64,000 nucleotides of DNA, from assembly GCA_020073085.1 (NCBI GenBank), contig JAIQFV010000009.1, positions 60,162 to 124,161 of the forward strand, in the 5' to 3' direction. This document shows, one piece after another, positions 47,153 through 56,440 of the stretch. Under the pieces are notes generated by a model. It did not search any database. It had not been told where the DNA came from and was given only the letters and a program-made list of their open reading frames with translations. Each line of letters starts with the position of its first letter. Positions within the stretch are counted from its first letter, which is position 1. Both the position numbers and the translations under genes were made by a program. The stretch is from Terriglobia bacterium (GTDB taxonomy: Bacteria; Acidobacteriota; Terriglobia; JAIQFV01).

Positions 47153-48073
47153 ATGACGGCCATGGCTGAAACGGGAAAAGAGCGAAAGGGCGAACCAACG
47201 TTTTTCGAAGTTGCAGGCCAGCGCCTCGAATACCGCTGGATCGGTCCGCAACCCGCCGAGGCCCCAACGATCGTGTTCCTGCACGAAGGTCTCGGCTGTG
47301 TGGGAATGTGGCGCGACTTTCCTGATCGTGTGGCGGGCGAGACCGGCTGCGGAGCGCTCGTCTACAGCCGGAGAGGCTATGGCGCGTCTGATCCGGTCGG
47401 CGGACCCCGCCCGGTCCGTTTTATGCATGACGAGGCGCTCCAAATCCTTCCTCTGGTAATCGCACGCTTCAAACTCCGCGACGTCATCCTGTTCGGCCAC
47501 AGCGATGGCGCGTCGATCGGGATCGTCTATGCCGGGGCGCACCCGCGCTCCGTTCGCGGGCTGGTCCTTGAGGCGCCGCACGTTTTTGTGGAACCTGTCT
47601 GCATCGAAAGCATCTCGCGTGTCGCGAAGCAATTCTGCTCGGCCGAATCTGCAGCCACGCCGGTGCTCGATCCACAAGCATCCTTGCCAACCCCCCGCAT
47701 GGATGACACAACACTGCAAAAAAATGATACCTACGAAGACGAGATGGCCGGCATGCGTCACAGGCTGGCGCGGCATCATGGCGCCAACACCGATTCGATG
47801 TTCCAGACCTGGGCGGAAGTTTGGCTGAATCCGGAGTTTCAACACTGGAACATCGAAGAGTATTTGTCCCCGATAGAGGCCCCCTTGCTGGTCATTCAGG
47901 GCAAAGAGGACGAGTACGGGACCCTCAAACAGGTCGACGCCGTAGTGACGCAGGCGCGCGGTCCGGCGGAATCGCTCCTGCTCGCGGACTGTGGTCACTC
48001 GCCCCACCGCGATCAGCCGGACCGGGTGATGTCTTCAACCCGCCGATTTGTCCGCCGGATCCTCCGCGCTTGA
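47153..48073 (+). CDS. Alpha/beta hydrolase
   Basis: Contains PTIVFLHEGLGCVGMWRDF and the nucleophile elbow FGHSDGASIG. The in-frame upstream Met at 46937 is less likely to be the true start. Confidence 0.7.
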   Translation: MTAMAETGKERKGEPTFFEVAGQRLEYRWIGPQPAEAPTIVFLHEGLGCVGMWRDFPDRVAGETGCGALVYSRRGYGASDPVGGPRPVRFMHDEALQILPLVIARFKLRDVILFGHSDGASIGIVYAGAHPRSVRGLVLEAPHVFVEPVCIESISRVAKQFCSAESAATPVLDPQASLPTPRMDDTTLQKNDTYEDEMAGMRHRLARHHGANTDSMFQTWAEVWLNPEFQHWNIEEYLSPIEAPLLVIQGKEDEYGTLKQVDAVVTQARGPAESLLLADCGHSPHRDQPDRVMSSTRRFVRRILRA

Positions 48074-48140
48074 CGCCAGGCCGGAGGTGTCGTATAGAGA
48101 AGGCTATTTTCCCAAAGACTGTTCGGACAGTCCCGCATTT

Positions 48141-48920
48141 ATGAGACTTCAGATCCTCTCAGACCTCCACCTCGGCGTAGGTGCGATGGAGGTCCCTCAG
48201 ACCGACGCGGACATCGTCATTCTGGCAGGCGACATTGCCCGCCCCAAAGAGGCTGTGTCCTGGGCCTCGGCTTTTCCGCAGCCCGTTCTGTACGTCATCG
48301 GGAATCACGAATTCTACGGTGGGAGCCTGGATCAGACGGTCGAAGAACTGAGACGCCTGTGTGCTGGAACACGGATCCGCCTGCTCGATAACGACGAGGA
48401 GGTCATCGGCGGTGTTCGTTTTCTTGGGAGCACACTCTGGACCGACTTCAGGTTATTCGATGCCGATGGCCAGCGCGAGCGTTCGATCCAGGAGGCACAG
48501 CGTTTCATGAGGGACTTCAGCCGGATCCGCACAACAGAAGCGTCCCCAACCGTTTTTACCCCGGCGGATTCGGCAAAGTTGTTTGCCCGTCACGTGGAGT
48601 GGCTTGAGAAAAAGCTGGGTGAGTATTTTCCGGGGCCGACTGTGGTGATCACTCATCACGCCCCCTCGCCGAGAAGCATCCACCCGCGCTTCATCGGATC
48701 GCTCATCAATGCCTGCTTCGTCTCAGATGCGGAAAGGATCATCGACGGCAACCGCGTCCCGTTGTGGATTCACGGACACACGCACGACAGCTTTGACTAT
48801 GTGGTGAACGGAACGCGGGTCGTCTGCAACGCGCGCGGGTATGCCAAGAACGGCATGAACGAAAACAGTCTGTTCAATCCGAGCTTTGTGATTGACCTCC
48901 CATCGGTCCCCGTTTCGTAG
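48141..48920 (+). CDS. Calcineurin-like metallophosphoesterase
   Basis: Contains MRLQILSDLHLG..DADIVILAGDI..GNHEF..ITHHAP..HGHTH. Confidence 0.8.
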   Translation: MRLQILSDLHLGVGAMEVPQTDADIVILAGDIARPKEAVSWASAFPQPVLYVIGNHEFYGGSLDQTVEELRRLCAGTRIRLLDNDEEVIGGVRFLGSTLWTDFRLFDADGQRERSIQEAQRFMRDFSRIRTTEASPTVFTPADSAKLFARHVEWLEKKLGEYFPGPTVVITHHAPSPRSIHPRFIGSLINACFVSDAERIIDGNRVPLWIHGHTHDSFDYVVNGTRVVCNARGYAKNGMNENSLFNPSFVIDLPSVPVS

Positions 48921-48943
48921 GCTCGAATCGGGGCAAATCCGTC

Positions 48944-49387
48944 ATGGTCCAAACTGAATTGCACGTGACAGAAAAGGAACTCCGGCAGATTTTGAAGGAT
49001 TCGCCGTTTGCCAGAATTTACCGTTTCAAATTACACTCCTTCTCCAGCGGGACATGCACGCTGCTTGTCCCGTTCATGAAATCCATGGAGCGCCCCGGCG
49101 GGATCATCGCGGGCGCGATCTTCATGACCGCAGCCGATGTCGCCATGTGGTTGGCCATCATGACCCGGCTGGGGAGAAAAGCCGTCTCTGTCACATCGGA
49201 AATGACAACGGCGTTTCTTAATCCGGCCCGCCGGGAAAATGTCCACTGCACGGCGAGGATCCTGAAGCTGGGGCAGAGCCGGATCTATGGAGTGGCCGAA
49301 TGCAGCAATGAGGCAGGTCAACTGTTAACCCATCACACCCTGACGTACGCCCGGATTCCCTATGGACAAAAACATAAACGACCTTGA
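48944..49387 (+). CDS. PaaI/YbgC-type hotdog-fold thioesterase
   Basis: Contains GGIIAGAIFMTAADVAMWLAI...RILKLGQSRIYGVAEC. Confidence 0.75.
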   Translation: MVQTELHVTEKELRQILKDSPFARIYRFKLHSFSSGTCTLLVPFMKSMERPGGIIAGAIFMTAADVAMWLAIMTRLGRKAVSVTSEMTTAFLNPARRENVHCTARILKLGQSRIYGVAECSNEAGQLLTHHTLTYARIPYGQKHKRP

Positions 49388-50063
49388 TGCCAACGACCCT
49401 CTCGATCGGCTTACACAACTAAAGGACCGGGGCCCCCGAGACGAGCGTTTATTGATCCGACTCAAATCTCGAACCACCGCAAGCCCCTCTTGCCCACGCC
49501 GTCGGTCCATTTCCGGATTATTTGTTCTCTCACTCCTCATTGCGCTTGCGCCTGGGAGGACGAATGGTTCGCCTGAAGAACGCCCCTTGGCGGCGATTAC
49601 CCCTGCCGGCAAGGTGTTGGTCGCAGGCGGGACCGTCATTCCGGTTTACCCCAAGCCAGGCAAGTGGTCCGAGTTGACGCGCGACTCGTCCAAGCGTTTT
49701 GAGACCCGCCATTTTGTCTATATGGTCACGGGCGAGTCTCCAGCGATTGAATTGTTTGTCACGAGGGACCGGAAAGCTGAGCCCCCCGACGGGGTGTTTG
49801 AGATGGGACTGGTGAAGGGTTTTCTGGCCGGATTTGCCACCAACGCTGGTTTCAAATTCAACAACCTCGTTTTTCGGGACCGCATGCTCGGTGCGACCAA
49901 AGTCAAATACGCTGTGCTGAGACTCACCACTGACCGGCGAACACTCTGGGTTCATGCGTATATCTACCCCCGGAAGACCTCCCTGACTTTCATCGCGATC
50001 CGCACCCAGGACGGGGCTCAAGCGGAACTTGAGAAGTACCTGGCTGGGCTTGAATTGAAATGA
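49362..50063 (+). CDS. Hypothetical membrane-anchored or secreted protein
   Basis: An ORF with an internal hydrophobic segment (SGLFVLSLLIALAP). It has no recognisable domain. It overlaps the previous gene by 26 nt. Confidence 0.45.
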   Translation: MDKNINDLDANDPLDRLTQLKDRGPRDERLLIRLKSRTTASPSCPRRRSISGLFVLSLLIALAPGRTNGSPEERPLAAITPAGKVLVAGGTVIPVYPKPGKWSELTRDSSKRFETRHFVYMVTGESPAIELFVTRDRKAEPPDGVFEMGLVKGFLAGFATNAGFKFNNLVFRDRMLGATKVKYAVLRLTTDRRTLWVHAYIYPRKTSLTFIAIRTQDGAQAELEKYLAGLELK

Positions 50064-50097
50064 GCTGGGTCCGGCGCCTGAGTTAATCCTCCGGAGA

Positions 50098-50137
50098 GGG
50101 ACAGTCCCTGGCGTGTCGGGGACTGTCCTTTTTTTTG
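50098..50137 (+). terminator. Rho-independent terminator
   Basis: The stem gggacagtccc has a 9-nt loop, then ggggactgtcc, followed by an 8-T tract. Confidence 0.8.
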
Positions 50138-50181
50138 CGTAACCTTTTTGAGTTTCTTCGGTATACATAAGTGACCGGACG

Positions 50182-50763
50182 ATGAGCGAGGTATCCAAAG
50201 GCGTGAGTTCACTGACCGATCAAGCGTTGATGCAGCAAGTGAAGGATGGCGACGTGGGGAAACTGGGCATCCTCTTTGAGCGGCACCATGGGATGTTGTT
50301 CAATTTTCTCCTCCGCCTCACGGGGGACCGGCAATTGAGCGAAGACCTCGTCCAGGAAGTTTTCGTCCGGCTACTCAAGTACCGGCACACCTATCGTGGG
50401 GAGAGCCAGTTCACGACCTGGATGTTCCAGATTGCACGCAATCTGCGCGTGGATCACTTCAGAAAGCATCGGCGGGAGGATGACTTGAACGAAGAGGACG
50501 CTGCGGAATTTACCAGTCCCGGTCCCTCGCCGGGCGACCAGGTGATCCAGAACCAGGAGATGCGACACCTGAACGATGCCCTGGATCGGCTCCCGCGGGA
50601 GAAGCGTGAAGTGCTCCTACTGACCCGGTTCCACAATTTGAAACACGAAGATATCGCAGAAATCCTTGGTTGCTCGGTTCCCAGTGTGAAGGCAAAAGTC
50701 TTTCGTGCCATGCAGGATCTGAGGGAACACTATTTTGAACTCACAGGTGAGAGAGTGTCATGA
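50182..50763 (+). CDS. RNA polymerase ECF sigma factor
   Basis: Region 2 reads EDLVQEVFVRLLKYRHTY...FTTWMFQIARNLRVDHFRK. Region 4 reads LLTRFHNLKHEDIAEILGCSVPSVKAKVFRAMQDLR. Confidence 0.85.
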   Translation: MSEVSKGVSSLTDQALMQQVKDGDVGKLGILFERHHGMLFNFLLRLTGDRQLSEDLVQEVFVRLLKYRHTYRGESQFTTWMFQIARNLRVDHFRKHRREDDLNEEDAAEFTSPGPSPGDQVIQNQEMRHLNDALDRLPREKREVLLLTRFHNLKHEDIAEILGCSVPSVKAKVFRAMQDLREHYFELTGERVS

Positions 50764-51578
50764 AATGCGATGAAGTAAGAGAACTGTTTCCGGATTTATG
50801 GGCTGGAGTTCTGGAGGAGGATACCCGATCGAAAATCCAGTCCCATCTGACCAGGTGCCCTGCCTGCCAGGATGAGAATGAAAGCCTGAGCATGGTCTGG
50901 ATGAAGCTCGGTGAGTTGCCGGAGGAAAAACCTAGTGCTGCAGTCCGGCCCCGTTTCTATGCCATGCTGGAGGGTTACAAGCAAGGGCTGGACCAAGCAA
51001 AGCCTTCACGCCGATGGCGAGAAGCAGCGGGCAGCTGGCTTGGCAAACTTCCCTATCGCCAACCGGCATTCCAGTTCGGCGTGGCTGCCGTGCTGCTGGT
51101 GGCGGGGTTTCTGGGAGGATACTTCTACAAACCCGCCGGCTCCGGCAATCGCGACGAATTGGCGCAGCTCCGGGAAGAGGTCCACGACATGCGCCAGATG
51201 GTCACCGTTTCTCTGTTGAAACAGCAGTCGGCCAGTGAACGGCTCAAGGGCGTGAGTTGGAGCAACCAGGTGATGCATCCGGATCCGGAGCTTCTCTCGG
51301 CCCTTTTGCAGACCTTGAACTACGACCCCAACGTTGACGTGCGCCTGGCGGCGATCGATGCGCTGTACCGTTTCTCCAGCGAGCCGAACGTGAGAAAGGG
51401 TCTCATCGAATCCCTTCCCCGGCAGGACTCGCCTCTGGTCCAGATCGCCGTAATTGATTTGCTGGTTCAATTGCAGGAGCGGCAATCCATCGATGCTCTC
51501 AAGCAACTCATCCGGGACCAGGACATCAACAAGGTCGTCAGAGAAAGGGCTCAATGGGGGCTCCGAAAGTTGAGTTAA
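50760..51578 (+). CDS. Anti-sigma factor with a zf-HC2 domain, one TM helix and a C-terminal HEAT-like repeat region
   Basis: Its start overlaps the sigma stop by 4 bp. Contains HLTRCPACQDE, a TM segment (FGVAAVLLVAGFLGGYF) and C-terminal VRLAAIDALYRF / IAVIDLLVQL repeats. Confidence 0.75.
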   Translation: MKCDEVRELFPDLWAGVLEEDTRSKIQSHLTRCPACQDENESLSMVWMKLGELPEEKPSAAVRPRFYAMLEGYKQGLDQAKPSRRWREAAGSWLGKLPYRQPAFQFGVAAVLLVAGFLGGYFYKPAGSGNRDELAQLREEVHDMRQMVTVSLLKQQSASERLKGVSWSNQVMHPDPELLSALLQTLNYDPNVDVRLAAIDALYRFSSEPNVRKGLIESLPRQDSPLVQIAVIDLLVQLQERQSIDALKQLIRDQDINKVVRERAQWGLRKLS

Positions 51579-51591
51579 GGAGAATCATGCG

Positions 51592-52467
51592 ATGAAGAAC
51601 CGGATAGGGATCCTTGCTGCCACCGCCGTGCTGATCGCAACGGTCATTGCTTACGGCTCCGACTGGGGAGTTCGAGACCTTCCACTGGTTGAAAAAGAGA
51701 CCATTCAGAAGACCCTCAATTTTCCGAATCCCTCCAGCACGATGGAGGTGAAGGTCGACAACGTGGATGGTTCGATTCAGGTGAGCGGATATGATGGGAC
51801 CACGGTTCAGTTGGTGGTCGAGAAAACCACTCGCGCACGTTCCAAGGAGGATTTCCAGGTTGCCGAGAAAGAGGTCGAGCTCAAGATCTCAGAGAAAGGC
51901 ATCGCGATTGAGTTGTTTGTGGACGGTCCCTTCCGATGCAAGGACGGGTCAAGCAGCCATCGCGGATCGCGGTTCGAAGGATATCTTGTCAACTTCGACT
52001 TTCAACTCAAAGTTCCAAGAAAGTCTGATCTCTATCTCCGAACGGTCAATCATGGAGAAATCGCCATTGACGGTGTTGAGGGTAAGTACGACGTCGAGAA
52101 CGTCAACGGCGGGGTCAAGATGAAAGAAGTGACCGGCTCCGGCCGCGTTTATGCATTGAATGGCGGCGTGAATGTGTTGTTCAGCAGGAATCCCAACTCA
52201 GAATCCTATTTTGGTTCGCTGAACGGCAACGTGGAGGTTGGGTTTCGCCCTGACCTGTCCGCCGACCTGCGATTCAAGACGTTCAATGGGGGTGCCTACA
52301 CTGATTTTCCGGTCACCGCTCTTCCCAACCTCACCCCGGTTCAGGAGCGGAGCAATGGGAAGTTTGTTTACAAGAGCAATCGCTTTTTCGGTGCCCGGGT
52401 GGGGGCGGGCGGTCCAGAACTGAAATTTGATGCCTTCAATGGAGACATTCGCATCACCAAACGGTGA
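51592..52467 (+). CDS. DUF4097 (toastrack / putative adhesin) domain protein
   Basis: It has a signal peptide and repeats VNGGVKMKEV, LNGGVNVLFS, LNGNVEVGF and FNGDIRITKR. Confidence 0.7.
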   Translation: MKNRIGILAATAVLIATVIAYGSDWGVRDLPLVEKETIQKTLNFPNPSSTMEVKVDNVDGSIQVSGYDGTTVQLVVEKTTRARSKEDFQVAEKEVELKISEKGIAIELFVDGPFRCKDGSSSHRGSRFEGYLVNFDFQLKVPRKSDLYLRTVNHGEIAIDGVEGKYDVENVNGGVKMKEVTGSGRVYALNGGVNVLFSRNPNSESYFGSLNGNVEVGFRPDLSADLRFKTFNGGAYTDFPVTALPNLTPVQERSNGKFVYKSNRFFGARVGAGGPELKFDAFNGDIRITKR

Positions 52468-52491
52468 AGGCCAATCCCAGGGAGAATTCAT

Positions 52492-53331
52492 ATGAAAATA
52501 GGTAATTCGATTTGCTACGCGGGCCTGGCTCTTATGCTATCCAGCGCGTCGAGCTTTGCCCAGGAAAACTATGCCGACAAAGCCACTGTCCCCTTCAGCG
52601 ACCCCTCGCGGCCGGGAACTGTTAAAGTCGGTCTTGTGGCAGGGAGTATCACGGTCAAAGGTTACGCTGGCAAGGAGGTCATCGTGGAGGCCCAAGGCCG
52701 AACAGACGGCCGCTCAAAGGGTCGAAGCCGCCCCGAACCGGAAGGCTTGAAGCGAATTCCCAACACGGCCAGCGGTCTGAACGTCGAAGAGGAAAACAAT
52801 GTGATCACCGTGGGGACCAGTTCATTCAACAAACCGGTCGACGTGACGCTTCAAGTCCCCTTTCACACTTCATTGAAGTTAAAGACAATAAACGATGGCA
52901 ACATACAGGTCGAACAGGTGGAAGGTGAGATCGAGGTGAATAACATCAACGGGGCAGTGACGCTCACCAACGTTTCCGGCAGTGTGGTCGCCCATGCGTT
53001 GAACGGCAATGTGGTTGTCAGCCTGGGGAAGGTGGACCCCGCCAAGTCCATGTCGTTCAGCTCCCTCAATGGAAATATCGACGTGACTTTTCCTGCTGAT
53101 ACCAAGGCTACGGTAGCGATGAAATCCGACCAGGGGGAGATTTACAGCGACTTTGACATCCACATGGATCAAACCGGGCACAAACCTGTCGTCGAAGACA
53201 CCCGCGGCAAGGGGGGTGCCTATCGATTCCGCATTGATAAGACCATGTACGGGACCATCAATGGGGGCGGGCCGGAGATGCAATTCAAGACCTTCAATGG
53301 AAGTATCTACATCCGTAAGAAGACAAAATAG
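52492..53331 (+). CDS. DUF4097 domain protein
   Basis: It has a signal peptide and repeats INGAVTLTNV, LNGNVVVSLG, LNGNIDVTFP and FNGSIYIRKK. Confidence 0.7.
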   Translation: MKIGNSICYAGLALMLSSASSFAQENYADKATVPFSDPSRPGTVKVGLVAGSITVKGYAGKEVIVEAQGRTDGRSKGRSRPEPEGLKRIPNTASGLNVEEENNVITVGTSSFNKPVDVTLQVPFHTSLKLKTINDGNIQVEQVEGEIEVNNINGAVTLTNVSGSVVAHALNGNVVVSLGKVDPAKSMSFSSLNGNIDVTFPADTKATVAMKSDQGEIYSDFDIHMDQTGHKPVVEDTRGKGGAYRFRIDKTMYGTINGGGPEMQFKTFNGSIYIRKKTK

Positions 53332-53527
53332 TTCCACCGACCGCAGTTCAATGGGTTTTTCTCAAACCGGATCGATTTTTTTCATATTCCACGGAACTAA
53401 ATGGCGGGTGCCCTCGTCTAACCTAATATCGGAGACACGGATAATTTCTGTCCAACTCTCGATATCCCGGGCTTCCGAGGTCCCCCGGAGTTCGGAAGTC
53501 TGATACCCACACAGGAGCCGACGACGA

Positions 53528-54241
53528 ATGAATTCTTCGAGCCCAGCCATTATTCGCATGGAAGCGGTCAGTAAGGTCTTCTTTACAGAAGAAGTCGAAA
53601 CACATGCCCTTGAAGGAACCCACCTGGAGATCAACCAGGGGGAATTTGTCGCCATTGCGGGCCCTTCCGGCTGCGGCAAATCGACTCTCCTCTCGATCCT
53701 GGGACTGCTCGACACCCCGACCGAGGGGAAATACTGGCTGAGTGGTCATGCCGTCGAGTCTCTGGACCGCGCCGAACGGGCCCGCGTAAGGAATCGTGAG
53801 ATTGGATTTGTGTTCCAGAGCTTCAATCTCATTGGTGACCTGACCGTTTTCGAGAACGTGGAGCTGCCCCTGACCTACCGCGGGATGCGGGCGGCAGAGC
53901 GCAAACAGCGGGTCGTGGCGGCTCTTGAGAAGGTCGGCATGGCCCATCGAGTCAAACACCTCCCCAGCCAACTCTCTGGCGGGCAACAGCAGCGGGTCGC
54001 CGTTGCTCGGGCCCTGGTCGGGGAACCTTCCATCCTCCTGGCTGATGAGCCCACTGGCAATCTGGACTCCAAGAACAGCGAAGCGGTTATGGAACTCCTC
54101 CATGAACTCCATCAAAAAGGGGCCACAATCTGCATGGTCACGCACGACCCTCGTTTCGCCCAGTCCGCGGAACGAACCATCCATCTGTTTGATGGTCGGG
54201 TGGTCAGCGAGGACGAAAGCGAACCAGCGGAAGTGCAGTAG
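53528..54241 (+). CDS. ABC transporter ATP-binding protein, MacB/LolD type
   Basis: Contains a Walker A ([15 protein letters not shown]) and the signature [15 protein letters not shown]. It is 75% identical to the 8647 ATPase. Confidence 0.9.
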   Translation: MNSSSPAIIRMEAVSKVFFTEEVETHALEGTHLEINQGEFVAIAGPSGCGKSTLLSILGLLDTPTEGKYWLSGHAVESLDRAERARVRNREIGFVFQSFNLIGDLTVFENVELPLTYRGMRAAERKQRVVAALEKVGMAHRVKHLPSQLSGGQQQRVAVARALVGEPSILLADEPTGNLDSKNSEAVMELLHELHQKGATICMVTHDPRFAQSAERTIHLFDGRVVSEDESEPAEVQ

Positions 54242-54246
54242 AGAGC

Positions 54247-54465
54247 AGTTGTCAGTTCTCAGTTGCCAGTTGCCAGTTGCCAGAAAACAGTTGCCAGTTC
54301 TCAGTGGCCAGTTGCCAGTGAAAACCGTTTATTCCAATGGTCTTTTTTGTCGCAGATGTGTGCACAGCTGTTTCGCAGATACCCTCGATTGGGATGTGAA
54401 TCCAAATTTGATGAAAATCGCGAATCCCTTGTCATCCACTGACAACTGAGAACTGACAACTGGCT
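54247..54465. repeat. Heptad-armed palindromic element, Q class, carrying a family-B micro-ORF
   Basis: The left arm is a CAGTTGC array repeated nine times or more (cagttgtcagttctcagttgccagttgccagttgccag...). The right arm is ctgacaactgagaactgacaactgg. The core is homologous to the 58950-59135 element. Confidence 0.6.
54301..54435 (-). CDS. Candidate micro-ORF, family B (MTRDSRFSSNLDSHPNRGYLRNSCAHICDKKDHWNKRFSLATGH, 44 aa)
   Basis: It shares an in-frame peptide at about 60% identity with the minus-strand ORF starting at 59094 (MTPDFRFSPDSDTHADRGHLRNSRARACNKR...). Confidence 0.35.
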   Translation of the reverse strand: MTRDSRFSSNLDSHPNRGYLRNSCAHICDKKDHWNKRFSLATGH

Positions 54466-54491
54466 ACTGCTTTCTGACAGCTGCTTCTTTC

Positions 54492-56253
54492 ATGGAAACA
54501 CTGCTTCAAGACCTGCGATATGGCCTTCGATTGCTGGCCAATAACCCCGGCTTCACGCTGGTTGCGCTTCTCGCCCTGGCACTGGGAATTGGGGCCAACT
54601 GCGCCATCTTCAGCGTGGTGAACGCGGTCCTTCTCCGTCCACTGCCCTATCCGGAATCCAACCGCCTGATTTTTCTCGCCGAGAGAGAACCCCAGTTGGA
54701 TGGGATGTCCGTGGCTTACCCCAACTTCTCGGATTGGCGCGAACAAAACACCGTTTTTGAGAAGATCGCCGTTTTTCGACGGCAAAGTTACAACCTGACC
54801 GGAACGGGCGAGCCTGAACGGCTGATCGGTGGGCAGGTATCCGCCGATCTCTTCCCAATCCTCAGGGCCGCCCCGGAACTGGGACGCACTTTCTCCGCGG
54901 ACGAAGACAAACCTGGGGGTAATCAAGTTGTCATCTTAAGCCATGGATTGTGGCAACGTCGCTACGGGTCCGATCCGTACCTTCTGGGTAAGACCCTCAT
55001 TTTGAGCGGCAGAGCTTACACCGTGATCGGAATCATGCCGGCTGAATACCAGTTTCCCAGTCGAGTCGAGCTGTGAGTACCGGTGGGGCAGGAGTCTGGA
55101 CAACCTGGCTGGCAGGAACGCGGCAATCATCCCGGGCTTTATGGAGTAGCCCGCCTCAAGACAGGCGTATCCCTTGGCCAGGCTCGGGCCGAGATGGATA
55201 CCATCGCCGCTCGACTCGAGAAACAATATCCCCGGACCAACACGGGCAACCGGGTGACCATGAGCCCTTTGCTCGAGGTGTTTGTAAAGGAGATTCGCCC
55301 CCTCTTGTTGGTTCTTCTGGGAGCGGTCGGTTTTGTACTGTTGATTGCCTGCGCCAATGTCGCCAATCTTCAGCTCACGCGCGCGGCTGCACGGCAGAAA
55401 GAAATTGCTATTCGCATGGCACTCGGTGAGCCCTGATTACTTTCGGACGATGGGTATCCCGCTGTTGCGCGGACGCACTTTTACGGTTCAAGACACGAAG
55501 GATGCCCCCAAGGTGGTTGTCATCGACGAGAGTTTTGCAAAACAATACTGGCCCGGCGAGGATGCCATTGGACGGCATTTGACATTTGGCGGACATGATT
55601 CCAAGAGTGTTATGAACACCGTCGTGGGGATTGTAGGCAGGGTCAAAATGGAGGGATTGGATACCGACTCCAACCGCGTCCAGGCCTATCAACCCCTTAC
55701 TCAAAACACATGGAATGGAATGACCTTTGTCTTGCGGACCACGGCGGACCCTCTGGGGTTGGTCTCTGCGGCGCGAAAGCAAGTCCTCGCGGTCGACCCC
55801 GACGAACCCATGTACAATGTAAGGAGCATCGAACAAGTCTGGGAAGAGTCGGTGGCACCACAGCGTTTGAACCGGTTGTTGTTTGGCCTCTTTGCAGGAT
55901 TGGCCCTACTGCTCTCCGCCGTCGGGATCTATGGGGTGATGGCCTACGCGGTAACGCAACGGACGCATGAGATCGGGATACGAATTGCCCTCGGCGCGGG
56001 AGCTGGACAAGTGGTTCGATTGGTCGTCGGGCATGGAATGTTGCTGGCGCTGACTGGAATTGCGATCGGATTGACAGCAGCATTGGCGCTGACCCGCCTC
56101 ATGTCGACCTTTCTTTTTGGGGTCAGAGCCTTCGACCCGTTGACCTTTGTGGTTATTTCATTCTTGCTGGGAACTGTGGGCCTCGTCTCGAGCTATATTC
56201 CGGCGCGCAAGGCCACGAAAGTCGATCCCATCATTGCGCTCAGGTATGAGTAA
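54492..56253 (+). pseudogene. Decayed ADOP permease gene, with an in-frame TGA at a conserved Trp codon and an internal deletion/frameshift
   Basis: Its N-terminus ([22 protein letters not shown]) and C-terminus (PARKATKVDPIIALRYE) are intact. A TGA at 55074-55076 sits where the paralogs have the (E/D)LW(M/V)P Trp codon. The frame changes near 55425, where the first FtsX block ends abruptly (AIRMALGEP*) and the frame 1 reading ([16 protein letters not shown]) picks up from about 55345, about 80 nt upstream. The total is only about 590 codons. Confidence 0.7.
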
Positions 56254-56418
56254 GTGTCGGGTGTCAGGTGTCGGGTGTCAGAAAGACCCACTCGATTACT
56301 TTGAAACTGAAGGCGAGGCCAGAAATCGGAAGCCAGAAATCAGAAAATACATTCTTATTCCTCCTGGCATCGCTGGGGTGCCCTTTCCCTGACACCCGGC
56401 ACCTGACACCCGACACCT
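56252..56418. repeat. Heptad-armed palindromic element, G class
   Basis: The arms are agtgtcgggtgtcaggtgtcgggtgtcag ... ccctgacacccggcacctgacacccgacacc. The core has cagaaat/cggaagc heptads. Confidence 0.65.
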
Positions 56419-56440
56419 CAAATCCAATGGAGGAAAGCAC

